Below are positions 16,756-25,327 of a stretch of 64,000 nt of DNA, piece after piece; positions within the stretch are counted from its first letter, which is position 1, and every line of letters starts with the position of its first letter. The notes below the pieces were generated by a model. The model saw only the letters and a program-made list of their open reading frames with translations. It was not told the origin of the DNA and made no database searches. Where the stretch lies: the IMG/VR virus record IMGVR_UViG_3300025834_000005. One strand, 5' to 3'. The stretch is from a virus. Position numbers and translations under genes: made by a program.

Positions 16756-17749
16756 GCATTTTTGTTATAAAATAATCATTTATTGTCAGCGACCTCAAAC
16801 TATACAAAGCTTCGGCAACCCTCTCGTCGCCCTGAAAACGTCTCATTTCATCTAAGTCGTCATTATTTGGCAATGCGATTAATTTTACTTTATCCTCACA
16901 ATCAATATATATTGTATGAAGTTTGTAAAATAATTCAACACTGTTTTTATAAGCATCAGGGTCTAATAATATTACAATATTGGGTTTCAGTTCTTTAATT
17001 TTCATAAATAATGCATCGGATATGGTTTTACCGAGCATTGGTGTTGTATTAATTGGGAGTGTAAGCATTTCAAAAGCACCTTCAACAACATATAATGTCA
17101 TATCCCAATTTATCATACCCTCATTGAATATGATTCTTGATTTGTCGGACTTGGGATTATCATACGGTTTGATCTTGAATTTGCCATTACCTTTATCGTA
17201 ATTTCTGGCTACAAAATAGTTGACGATACCATTTTTATCATAAGATGGAATTATGATTCGTTTTTTATATTTACCCTCAATACAAAATCCGATGCCAAAT
17301 TTAATTAAAAGACTTCTATCGATTTTACGCTCATTAATCATATAATTATACGCTTCAAAATGAGCAACATTCGAGGCATCCATTTTTGAAAATGGAATCA
17401 TTTCCTCTGGAAGTTCCACAGGAACATATTCAACTTCTTCTTCCTCATAATCATCATACCCAGCATATGAAGCATTATATATTTTATATAGGTCATAATC
17501 GATTTTAGAGCCATATAAATGAACAAGTTTTCCTAAGCTACCGCTGAACTTAGGGTCGTCACACTTCCAGCATCTAAACATTCGCCTTGCGGTGTTTATT
17601 TCGAGATTTGTTTTACCATCGGAAAATGCTAAGCCTTCATTCTCCTGACATCTTGGGCAATTGACCTGAACCTGTTCAGATACATTTAAGCCCTTGGCGT
17701 CTGGAAACATGCCTTGTATTATACTATGAAATTCTTGCCCTCTAATCAT
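16706..17749 (-). CDS. DNA primase (Zn-ribbon + TOPRIM)
   Basis: Zn ribbon 'CPRCQ..x21..RCWKCD'; TOPRIM 'YVVEGAFEMLTL' (Glu) and 'VILLDPDA' (DxD). The 3' end overlaps the sigma-factor ORF by 50 nt. Confidence 0.8.
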   Translation of the reverse strand: MIRGQEFHSIIQGMFPDAKGLNVSEQVQVNCPRCQENEGLAFSDGKTNLEINTARRMFRCWKCDDPKFSGSLGKLVHLYGSKIDYDLYKIYNASYAGYDDYEEEEVEYVPVELPEEMIPFSKMDASNVAHFEAYNYMINERKIDRSLLIKFGIGFCIEGKYKKRIIIPSYDKNGIVNYFVARNYDKGNGKFKIKPYDNPKSDKSRIIFNEGMINWDMTLYVVEGAFEMLTLPINTTPMLGKTISDALFMKIKELKPNIVILLDPDAYKNSVELFYKLHTIYIDCEDKVKLIALPNNDDLDEMRRFQGDERVAEALYSLRSLTINDYFITKMHESERYDPYTKYFKRE

Positions 17750-17764
17750 GCAACAAAAATAAGT

Positions 17765-17805
17765 AAAAAATACCTGAAATCAAAATCATTTCAGGTATTT
17801 TTTTT
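17765..17805. terminator. rho-independent terminator (bidirectional form)
   Basis: aaaaaa-TACCTGAAA-tcaaaatca-TTTCAGGTA-tttttttt. Stem at 17771-17779 / 17789-17797. Lies 4 nt after the stop of the 17809-18408 gene (minus strand). Confidence 0.75.
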
Positions 17806-17808
17806 ACA

Positions 17809-18408
17809 CTAATATTGTTCGTCAGTAAAAGTCTTATAGTCTTTAAGGTATGGAAACATTTCGATCAACCTATTCATAAAGCCTCTGGGATTAATGATAA
17901 AATTCGTACCCCATTTATGATGCATATCCTGTAATTCGGTAAATAGATCAACAGTTTTCTGTTTCAAAATATCCTCATCACCCAACGAATCATAATTATT
18001 ATAAGTAACTCCGTCATCTGTTGGCTGAACATAAACGCCGTTAGTTGCCTTTGCTAATTGAATTCTAAGCTGTTCAGACTCTTCGGTAAGCCTTTCAACC
18101 TGTTCCTCAAGCCACAATCTATTATCATCATTCTTATTAATATATTTTGTAGCATCTGTTTGTATTGTGACAGGTTCAACCTTTTTTGTGCTCAGATCAA
18201 CATCCAAACATAAGCTATTAACCAATTCTTTAGCTTTTCTTGCACGTTCAGCCTCAGCATCAACTGGTTTTACAATTTCAGCTGGTTTAACTTCGGGGTT
18301 TTTAACTGCTTTTTGAACTGGTTTTGGTGTTGGCTTGCTCTCAGCTTTGGGTTTACTTGTTCCTTTTGCTAATTTAAGTAAGCCTTTATTAGAAGTAATA
18401 TCTTTCAT
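17809..18408 (-). CDS. hypothetical protein with Lys/Pro-rich N-terminus
   Basis: 199-aa ORF. N-terminal 'KPKAESKPTPKPVQKAVKNPEVKPAEIVKP' low-complexity segment and a central coiled-coil-like 'LWLEEQVERLTEESEQLRIQL'. Preceded by GTATTTAT with 18-nt spacing. Confidence 0.55.
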   Translation of the reverse strand: MKDITSNKGLLKLAKGTSKPKAESKPTPKPVQKAVKNPEVKPAEIVKPVDAEAERARKAKELVNSLCLDVDLSTKKVEPVTIQTDATKYINKNDDNRLWLEEQVERLTEESEQLRIQLAKATNGVYVQPTDDGVTYNNYDSLGDEDILKQKTVDLFTELQDMHHKWGTNFIINPRGFMNRLIEMFPYLKDYKTFTDEQY

Positions 18409-18426
18409 TTTTTATATAATTTTATA

Positions 18427-18434
18427 ATAAATAC
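18427..18434 (-). promoter_or_regulatory. GTATTTAT upstream motif
   Basis: 18 nt upstream of the ATG at 18408, downstream of the 18466-18503 terminator. Confidence 0.45.
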
Positions 18435-18465
18435 TATAAAAGTATAAATAAGTATACTAAGTAAT

Positions 18466-18503
18466 AAAAAAAACCCATTAAATATTTCTACTTAATGGGT
18501 TTT
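18466..18503 (-). terminator. rho-independent terminator
   Basis: Stem acccattaa / ttaatgggt (18473-18481 / 18492-18500) with a 10-nt loop. The A-run 18466-18472 becomes the U-tract on the minus strand. Lies 29 nt after the stop at 18532. Confidence 0.7.
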
Positions 18504-18531
18504 AGATCATAAACAACTCTATGTTAAGAAT

Positions 18532-20070
18532 TTATTCAGGTATATTTGAATTTAAATGCGCAACTAATCCGAGTTTATCATTCCATATGAAAGCATCGGC
18601 GGCTTTAACTGCTCCAATGAAACCTTTCTTATGATGCCATTCCTCAGTACCTGTTAATGATGATAAGTAACGTATAATAACGCCTTGTTCCTCATTAATA
18701 ACAGTGTCTCTGTTGAAATCAACGCCATGTCTGTAAGTTTTCTTTCTATGTTGGTGACCTAAATGCCATTCATGAAATCTTGTCTCACTCCACATTTTCT
18801 TAGATTCAATATCATTTGCCATAATTAATGGTAATGATGCTTCTTTTTCTTCGCTACCATGAGTAAAACCAAGTAATACTTCATGATATTTATAATATTT
18901 ACGTGGCGATGCACCGTTATCAATTGTCACCTGTGTGTCGTTATTAAACCATGCTTTTAGAACCGAGCCAAGATAAAAACTTCTTTCAAAGTCGTGATTT
19001 CCAGGGATTACAAGGACATCAATCGGAACTCCTTGTTCTTTCAACAAATAAATTGCGTCAGCTAATAAGGTAACTCCAACCTCAAATGTTTTCTGCCAGC
19101 GTAAATCTTCGTCCTGTTGTGTACCATGAGTTGTTGTATTGTTCATGTTATCACTATTGAAAAAGTCATTGCCGATAGGAAATAGAATACGTTCGTATTT
19201 GAATGTAGAGGCGTGTTTAAGCAACTTATTAATAGCATACATAAAACGTTCACGTGCTATCTTTGTATCGTAATTTTCACCTGTTTCGCCGTTCCAACCT
19301 AATTTTCCAATGTGAAGGTCGAATAAAGATATTTCCAACAAGTTGTGATCCTCATTAGGGTCGTTTGATATTGTTTTTACGTCTACTTGGGGTACGGTGT
19401 ATTTGCTAATTACGCCTTCAATTATTTCACCGACATTAATGGCTTTGAAAAGAGGCATGTTTCTTTCAAGTCTTGCTTTAACTTGAAAATTCTGAGCAGT
19501 AACTGGCGTCATTGTTTTAAATGATGTTACATCCCATTTATTAACAGTATAATCTTTAACAGCCCACATTTCCATATCAACCTCTGCGGCTTTCAATAGT
19601 TCGTCAAGTGTTTTAATATGTCCATTGGGATAGTTACTGCCATTTTTCCAGTCAATATCAGCGACATTCCCCTGTACTTCGAATTTAAGCTGTTCATTAG
19701 TGGCGACAGGTAAATCTGTTGGTTTAGATTGCTTCACATCCTTGTTAAGCGTAATTACTGGACTATATTGTCCAGATGGAACGCCATTAGGACAATATGA
19801 ATTATCTCCATATACAGGCATATTATTCGTAGTAATAGTGGCTTCGATTTTACAGACCTTTTCTAAATATTCATCATACTTATCCATGAATAGTTTATAA
19901 TCTTGCAGTGCTATTGTTTTTTTATTGAATTTATCGATAACCTTACGTTTCACATTTTTAACATATGTATCAGCGTATCCTGATTTGATCGATGCTGTGG
20001 TAAGTGATATGTTATTATTGATTGCGGAATCAATAACCTCAATTCCTTTTAATATTCTATCTCTAATCAT
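18532..20070 (-). CDS. calcineurin-like metallophosphoesterase with ~230-aa N-terminal extension
   Basis: C-terminal half has the full motif set 'LFDLHIGK' (DxH), 'GNDFFNSD' (GDxxD-type), 'IPGNHDFE' (GNHD/E), 'GFTHGSEE' (H), 'HLGHQH' (GHxH). The N-terminal region is unassigned. Confidence 0.75.
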   Translation of the reverse strand: MIRDRILKGIEVIDSAINNNISLTTASIKSGYADTYVKNVKRKVIDKFNKKTIALQDYKLFMDKYDEYLEKVCKIEATITTNNMPVYGDNSYCPNGVPSGQYSPVITLNKDVKQSKPTDLPVATNEQLKFEVQGNVADIDWKNGSNYPNGHIKTLDELLKAAEVDMEMWAVKDYTVNKWDVTSFKTMTPVTAQNFQVKARLERNMPLFKAINVGEIIEGVISKYTVPQVDVKTISNDPNEDHNLLEISLFDLHIGKLGWNGETGENYDTKIARERFMYAINKLLKHASTFKYERILFPIGNDFFNSDNMNNTTTHGTQQDEDLRWQKTFEVGVTLLADAIYLLKEQGVPIDVLVIPGNHDFERSFYLGSVLKAWFNNDTQVTIDNGASPRKYYKYHEVLLGFTHGSEEKEASLPLIMANDIESKKMWSETRFHEWHLGHQHRKKTYRHGVDFNRDTVINEEQGVIIRYLSSLTGTEEWHHKKGFIGAVKAADAFIWNDKLGLVAHLNSNIPE

Positions 20071-20087
20071 TATTTATTAATTTTGTG

Positions 20088-20095
20088 CAAAAATA
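20088..20095 (-). promoter_or_regulatory. candidate host-type -7 element TATTTTTG (TAnnTTTG)
   Basis: Reverse complement of caaaaata, with 17 nt between the motif and the ATG at 20070, in a 62-nt gap. Confidence 0.4.
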
Positions 20096-20132
20096 ATTTA
20101 TTTATTCGTATAAAACAAGTAAAATTATAAAT

Positions 20133-20438
20133 CTATATGAATGTATTACCCATTAAGCGTAAATTTTTTATAGATTCATCGATAATTTTACAGTTCTTTA
20201 TGAAGTCAACTTCCTCAGATATAGATAAATCAAACCACTCGCCATTTTGCCGAGCATGCATATATTTATTATGCAACCCAGCTTCTATTAATGATGCGTT
20301 TGATGACTCATATGATTCAATCATCCTTAGTTTCTCTGGGTTGCCAGTGTTTAGTTGATCAATTCTTTTATTAGGGTTAATAGATATTCCTATCTTATAC
20401 TTTCCGTCATTAGACCTAATCAAATATACTTTTTTCAT
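20133..20438 (-). CDS. T5orf172 / MUG113-type GIY-YIG superfamily domain protein
   Basis: 'VYLIRSNDGKYKIGISINPNKRIDQLNTGNPEKL...EAGLHNKYMHARQNGEWFDL' matches the YKIG-x-T/S...R...L...P......E..lH..f......EWF pattern of T5orf172 domains. Confidence 0.7.
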   Translation of the reverse strand: MKKVYLIRSNDGKYKIGISINPNKRIDQLNTGNPEKLRMIESYESSNASLIEAGLHNKYMHARQNGEWFDLSISEEVDFIKNCKIIDESIKNLRLMGNTFI

Positions 20439-21047
20439 TTATTTTATTATTCCAATTATTTTCAATCCAGCATATCCAACACAATATGAGTCACTCATAT
20501 CATAATTAATATCCTTTATTTTACCGTTCTTATCAAGTATCCACTCGATATGAGGCTCTAATCTCGCAACTTTTTGACGAATATATTCTTTTTTCTGATC
20601 CTTCCAAGCAGCTGGGAACGATAATACTTCGACAATAATACCTTTTTTCTTCTCAGAGTGTACGAATTCAGATAAGAAAAGTTTCCTACTATCAGCAACG
20701 GATATCTTCATGGCATACACATCAAATACTTCATGTAGAATATAACGACACATACCATTGAAACTGTGTAGCAAAGCAACTGTAAAAGCGTTATTACTTC
20801 CGCCGATAGGTTCTTCGATCACAATATTGACAATAGTTCCATTTAATTCAGTCTCAATCCTTTTTTTATAGGCTATACAATAATTTTTGAAATTATTAGC
20901 CTTGTGAATATCTCTGGTTTCTTTCGGGACGGACTTTTCGACATTCAATATTAAATGCTTCATTTCGATCAGCTTACCTTCCGAATTCCATAATGCAGAC
21001 CCAACATTAGTTGTTGATAAATCTAACGACCATATATATTTTTCCAT
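20439..21047 (-). CDS. RuvC-like Holliday junction resolvase
   Basis: Candidate catalytic tetrad in RuvC order: 'WSLDLSTTNVG' (D), 'VIEEPIGG' (E), 'YDMSDSYCVGYAG' (DxxD). Confidence 0.6.
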   Translation of the reverse strand: MEKYIWSLDLSTTNVGSALWNSEGKLIEMKHLILNVEKSVPKETRDIHKANNFKNYCIAYKKRIETELNGTIVNIVIEEPIGGSNNAFTVALLHSFNGMCRYILHEVFDVYAMKISVADSRKLFLSEFVHSEKKKGIIVEVLSFPAAWKDQKKEYIRQKVARLEPHIEWILDKNGKIKDINYDMSDSYCVGYAGLKIIGIIK

Positions 21048-21049
21048 TT

Positions 21050-21250
21050 TTAGATTTTTTTAGATTTATCAAGTTCTTCAGTTAATTCATTACATTGCTT
21101 AGGATTATAAAGGTATAAAGCGATTAAATCACTCACTACCGATCCGATTTTCAAACCCCTACCCATACAATAAAGCTTCAATTTACCATGAAGTTTTCCA
21201 TCAATTATAATTGATTTTTGTTTATTTTTATCATCTTTTATAGTATTCAT
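21050..21250 (-). CDS. hypothetical protein
   Basis: 66-aa ORF preceded by GTATTTAT with 15-nt spacing. Confidence 0.45.
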   Translation of the reverse strand: MNTIKDDKNKQKSIIIDGKLHGKLKLYCMGRGLKIGSVVSDLIALYLYNPKQCNELTEELDKSKKI

Positions 21251-21265
21251 TATATATATTTAAAA

Positions 21266-21273
21266 ATAAATAC
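21266..21273 (-). promoter_or_regulatory. GTATTTAT upstream motif
   Basis: 15 nt upstream of the ATG at 21250, in a 56-nt gap. Confidence 0.45.
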
Positions 21274-21306
21274 TTGTAATTTATAAAAAAATATAAAAAT
21301 TTACAC

Positions 21307-21855
21307 TTATTTATGAAATAGTATGTTTTTTAATTCACTCTCAATGCTATTCGCTCTTTTAAACGCATCCATTTCATATTCACGGTTTTCATAAGGAACT
21401 TCGAATAAATGTATAGTATCGTTCATCCATATGTTATACTTATCTGATACTGATGGCGATGGCACTATTAAAAAGCCTTTTTCCATCTGGTCAAAATGAA
21501 CCAACTCATGTGATAGTAACGAGTATATATTATATTCTTTATATTTTGATGATATGTATATGTTGTAAGTATGGTTAACATACTCAACTTTGGTGATGAA
21601 GCCATATATTTGAATATTGTCACCGTTAAATACCTTTGGCATGTAAAATACATTAAAAGTAGCTGTATCATACTTCAATATCTTATTAACGATGGTCATG
21701 ATAATAGTATCGGCTAACTTAGCATCAGTATAATTATTTATAACGATTGCCGTTGGGAATTGAAGAACTGCTCTCTTTTTAGGCTTGCTTGTGAAGATTA
21801 TAATAGCGATTATTATTAAGATTATCGCTATTATTAAGTACCAAATTTTTTTCAT
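21307..21855 (-). CDS. membrane-anchored protein with HExxH motif (putative Zn metallopeptidase)
   Basis: N-terminal TM 'IWYLIIAIILIIIAIIIF' and 'LLSHELVHFDQ' (HExxH). Confidence 0.4.
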   Translation of the reverse strand: MKKIWYLIIAIILIIIAIIIFTSKPKKRAVLQFPTAIVINNYTDAKLADTIIMTIVNKILKYDTATFNVFYMPKVFNGDNIQIYGFITKVEYVNHTYNIYISSKYKEYNIYSLLSHELVHFDQMEKGFLIVPSPSVSDKYNIWMNDTIHLFEVPYENREYEMDAFKRANSIESELKNILFHK

Positions 21856-21866
21856 ATGTAATTTAA

Positions 21867-22589
21867 TTAAAAGTCTATTCCAAATACAAGTGTTCTTGCT
21901 ATTGATGAATCTTTAGAAACTGGATAATTTAACTTAGCTATTGCTACAAGCTCTTTGTCAGAATTATATATGCCCACTTCGGATATCATTAACGTAGATA
22001 ATCCATCCCATGTTTTATTAGTTGTTATATTAAATTCATTCAAAGGCAAATGTATATCTATCTCAGTGCAATGTGCAATCGCTTCAATATGCGTCTTAAC
22101 ATTACCAAAGAAAATTTCCTCGTCGCCAAAATTCAAAGTGCTACCATTAATAAAAGGTGTTGAATAGTCAATATAGCCTAAATCATAGTAGTCAGCCTCA
22201 GTGTATCTATTTAAAGATATTTTAAAAATGGTTTGAATTAAATTAACAGCTAAAATATCGTCCCCAGCGGTATAAAATTTAATCTGATCTGTAACAGGAT
22301 ATATTCTCCACTCTTTTGAGTCGGCGATAACATCATTCAAGCTATTGAATGATGAATTATCAACAACCTGAATAAGAATCTCCATTTGTTTAGCTCTATA
22401 GCCTATAACGCCACTACTATCGGTTAGAAATTTAAAGTCATTAATATCCTCGAAATACAAACTAACATCCTTATTAAAAGGAGTGTCAATCTGCATTTTA
22501 TTTATATAGTTACAGTGAATCGCATCACCGTAACCATATTTAACGTCTGTTAAGAATCTATAAGAAAAAAATACTGTATGTCCTGTCAT
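21867..22589 (-). CDS. hypothetical structural-module protein
   Basis: 240-aa ORF directly downstream of the fibre-like gene. No motif recognised. Confidence 0.45.
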   Translation of the reverse strand: MTGHTVFFSYRFLTDVKYGYGDAIHCNYINKMQIDTPFNKDVSLYFEDINDFKFLTDSSGVIGYRAKQMEILIQVVDNSSFNSLNDVIADSKEWRIYPVTDQIKFYTAGDDILAVNLIQTIFKISLNRYTEADYYDLGYIDYSTPFINGSTLNFGDEEIFFGNVKTHIEAIAHCTEIDIHLPLNEFNITTNKTWDGLSTLMISEVGIYNSDKELVAIAKLNYPVSKDSSIARTLVFGIDF

Positions 22590-22605
22590 TTTATATTTGT
22601 TTTAT

Positions 22606-25029
22606 TTATGCTGGTGGGCAACTAAATGGATCGCCAGAAACTCTTGTAACGCTTATGTTTGTACCCAACATTGGGTCGAAGAGATATCCGCTTGTTACAA
22701 CGTAAAATACGCCTGTCGCTCCCTCAACCCTCATACCATCGCTTAGATCATTCGTTGGTCGAGGCCCTGTGTAATAGGTAGTACCGTTTGGAATACATTT
22801 TGATAACGCATGCCAATATTGCCGAGGCGCAGCCGTAGTTGTGGGTGCTAATGTTGTTGTAGTTATCGGCGTTGTTGTACAATCAACATAAGCACCATCA
22901 ATACAATTTTTACCCCAGATATCACTACATATAATAGATGTTGCACCAAAATCAACTATGGCTGAGACTATTGTTACAATTGCTGAGCCTGATTTTGCAT
23001 TTAAACCGCCAACACAATCAATCTGAGCATCAACTTTAATCATGCTGATGTTCGTAATACCTGTGATAACAATACTTCCAGATGATGTTTGCACATCAGA
23101 CTGTTCAGTAGGAAAATTACCGCCGCTTACAGTTGCTGTAACAGTGTCTCGTTCAATCCAATTAACGCCATTATCGATGCTATATAACATTCTTGTGGTC
23201 GCCTGATTAGCGTCAGCACCGCTTGTGCCCACATTATCACACGATGCATCAATCACGTAATCCAACGTCACTGTAAATGTTTGACCAAGCGAATTTAACT
23301 CTTCGATAACACCGCCAGAATTAAAGAAATGTATTCGACTTACTGGTGCTACCGTTGTAGGTGCTAACGTGGTTGTAGGTGCTACAGTTGTGGTTGCAGG
23401 TGACAATGTTGTGGTTGCAGGTGGCAATGTTGTCGTTGTGGTTGTTGTGGTTGGCGGCAATGTTGTCGTTGTGGTAACTGGTTGAATTATTGTAACAGTG
23501 TTACCAGTTACTTTACAATCATGTACGCCAAGATCATATAAATATGACGAATATACACCACCTGTCAAATTTGTTAAAGTAATACCAGAAGCTAAAATAG
23601 GCTGGAAGTAAATTCTATTAGAACCCTCATAAACTTCAAGTAATAAGGTTGAATCCGATACATTCTGTATATTATATACACTTAACGTACCGTCACCGTA
23701 TATAGTTGGTGTATTGCCGCTAACCTCGAAAGATGCTTGACATGATGGACAGTTACTTATAACGCTGTTAAGTCCAACACGATAATCAGGTAGAGTCCAT
23801 GATCTATTTGCCTTGTAAGACATTGCAAATAATAATTCCTGATCTTCAATTACGAATAGTTTTAAATTATTCAATATTTTGCCAACGATATTATTATTAT
23901 CATCGGCTAAGTCATAATATGCTGTATTTAAGCCATCAAGTTTTTTTGACGCTCCAAATGCTTTTAAATTAACACCAAGGGTTGTACCACTGGCTTTATG
24001 CCACATTATTGTTGGAATATATAATTCAGGTGTGTTTCTGTAAAAACCCTCACCATATTGATTTGACGGCGAAGAATTTGTATAATGAATAACACCCATT
24101 TTTCTTATAATAGCACTCTGATTCTGAATATATGAGACAAAACCAGCATATTCAGAGGTTTTAAATTCTGGATATTTAGTAGTTCCAGTTATAGCACCAG
24201 CAATATTTTCAGTGTATAAGATAGACATTTTCCAATAAGGAAATGCAGGCATATCGCACTGAGCATTACTATAAAAAGACAAAACAGCATCTGATAGGTA
24301 ATCAACAGAGTCGTAAATCGTTGAGCCGCTATATGAATTATAGAATACTATTACACCTGCATAGCTGCCAACGCCATCATTAATATAACTCGGTAACGAT
24401 CTATCGACAGTAACCTCCAAATCATCACCACTCAATGTACCACTTATTACATCTTCAATTTTATAGAATAGATACGGCTTAGGATTTGTTATTTCGACAG
24501 TATTATTTAAAGTGTCACCATTATGGTTATTCATTTTTATCATAACCATATCACCAATGGATGGTTCAGGAGAACCCACTACATAGTTTACAGATTTATA
24601 TAGCTTTAATGTATTACTACCTATTAATTCGCTTAATAATACTTTAGCATTAGGCTGTTTAACATATTCAGTGCTCGTTTTAATGGTTACTGTCCCACCG
24701 CTATCAATATTAAAAAATCCCACTGAATCAATAGTATTCTCAACGATCATCGGATATGACGGTACACTTGTTATAGCATTGAATTCAGTGCTTCCACTTG
24801 TATTTGTGATAAATGATATTAAATCAGGATTCTTATCGGCTGGTCTTAAAATAGAAGGCGAATATGTCGGGTCAAATACCGTCGAAGCTTTAATTAGATT
24901 ATAATCAATCTCACTATCGCCAACAGCAAAATAATCAAAAGTTAACTTACCTTTTGATAGTAATTCTCTCCCTTTTGTTGTTAATTTTATACTTAATACT
25001 GTGGGATCATTTTTTTCAATAAATGCCAT
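22606..25029 (-). CDS. tail fibre / receptor-binding-type structural protein with Thr/Pro-rich linkers
   Basis: 807 aa, beta-rich and S/T/G/N-rich. Two linkers ('TTTTTLPPTTTTTTTTLPPATTTLSPATTTVAPTTTLAPTTVAP' and 'TTTPITTTTLAPTTTAAP') separate C-terminal modules. Located in the baseplate/fibre gene block. Confidence 0.55.
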   Translation of the reverse strand: MAFIEKNDPTVLSIKLTTKGRELLSKGKLTFDYFAVGDSEIDYNLIKASTVFDPTYSPSILRPADKNPDLISFITNTSGSTEFNAITSVPSYPMIVENTIDSVGFFNIDSGGTVTIKTSTEYVKQPNAKVLLSELIGSNTLKLYKSVNYVVGSPEPSIGDMVMIKMNNHNGDTLNNTVEITNPKPYLFYKIEDVISGTLSGDDLEVTVDRSLPSYINDGVGSYAGVIVFYNSYSGSTIYDSVDYLSDAVLSFYSNAQCDMPAFPYWKMSILYTENIAGAITGTTKYPEFKTSEYAGFVSYIQNQSAIIRKMGVIHYTNSSPSNQYGEGFYRNTPELYIPTIMWHKASGTTLGVNLKAFGASKKLDGLNTAYYDLADDNNNIVGKILNNLKLFVIEDQELLFAMSYKANRSWTLPDYRVGLNSVISNCPSCQASFEVSGNTPTIYGDGTLSVYNIQNVSDSTLLLEVYEGSNRIYFQPILASGITLTNLTGGVYSSYLYDLGVHDCKVTGNTVTIIQPVTTTTTLPPTTTTTTTTLPPATTTLSPATTTVAPTTTLAPTTVAPVSRIHFFNSGGVIEELNSLGQTFTVTLDYVIDASCDNVGTSGADANQATTRMLYSIDNGVNWIERDTVTATVSGGNFPTEQSDVQTSSGSIVITGITNISMIKVDAQIDCVGGLNAKSGSAIVTIVSAIVDFGATSIICSDIWGKNCIDGAYVDCTTTPITTTTLAPTTTAAPRQYWHALSKCIPNGTTYYTGPRPTNDLSDGMRVEGATGVFYVVTSGYLFDPMLGTNISVTRVSGDPFSCPPA
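22826..22877 (-). repeat. coding Thr/Pro/Ala linker (low-complexity codon repeat)
   Basis: Encodes TTTPITTTTLAPTTTAAP. Confidence 0.8.
23344..23478 (-). repeat. coding Thr/Pro linker with imperfect tandem DNA repeats
   Basis: Repeated gttgtggttgcaggtg / ggcaatgttgtcgttgtgg units encoding TTTLPP/ATTTxxP repeats. Confidence 0.8.
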
Positions 25030-25044
25030 ATATTCTATTTTTTA

Positions 25045-25052
25045 ATAAATAC
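25045..25052 (-). promoter_or_regulatory. GTATTTAT upstream motif
   Basis: 15 nt upstream of the ATG at 25029 (807-aa fibre-like gene). Confidence 0.45.
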
Positions 25053-25067
25053 TATAAACTTTAATAG

Positions 25068-25322
25068 TTATGTGATTGAATCTGCCAAAAGACTATCAAT
25101 ATCCTTTTTTGATTCAACTCCAACGTAATTTAAAAAATTAAGTACACGAAATTCATAGTCTGCATCTGAAAGAGCAGCCGCACTATCCATTGTTAATGCT
25201 ATAAACGTTACATTATCAAATACAAAAGCACCCATTAAATCATACGAGCTGGAAGTATACTTTCCGCCAATACAATGACTTCTCAAATCTGTTAACGTTA
25301 ATAAATATTTTCGATTACCCAT
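25068..25322 (-). CDS. hypothetical protein
   Basis: 84-aa ORF between the GT-A-like gene and the fibre gene. Confidence 0.45.
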   Translation of the reverse strand: MGNRKYLLTLTDLRSHCIGGKYTSSSYDLMGAFVFDNVTFIALTMDSAAALSDADYEFRVLNFLNYVGVESKKDIDSLLADSIT

Positions 25323-25327
25323 ATAGT

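Noticed and set aside
17754-17761. TATTTTTG (TAnnTTTG) match upstream of the primase gene
   Set aside because: Only 4 nt lie between the motif and the annotated ATG at 17749, so a transcript starting ~7 nt downstream would begin inside the ORF. The match would only work if the primase starts at the internal Met (MFPDAKG, 17710), and I cannot support that.
20133-20438. T5orf172/GIY-YIG ORF considered as a free-standing homing endonuclease or mobile element
   Set aside because: It is only 101 aa with no DNA-binding extension, and it sits in a tightly packed operon without flanking duplications or a disrupted target gene. Mobility cannot be supported from this sequence alone.
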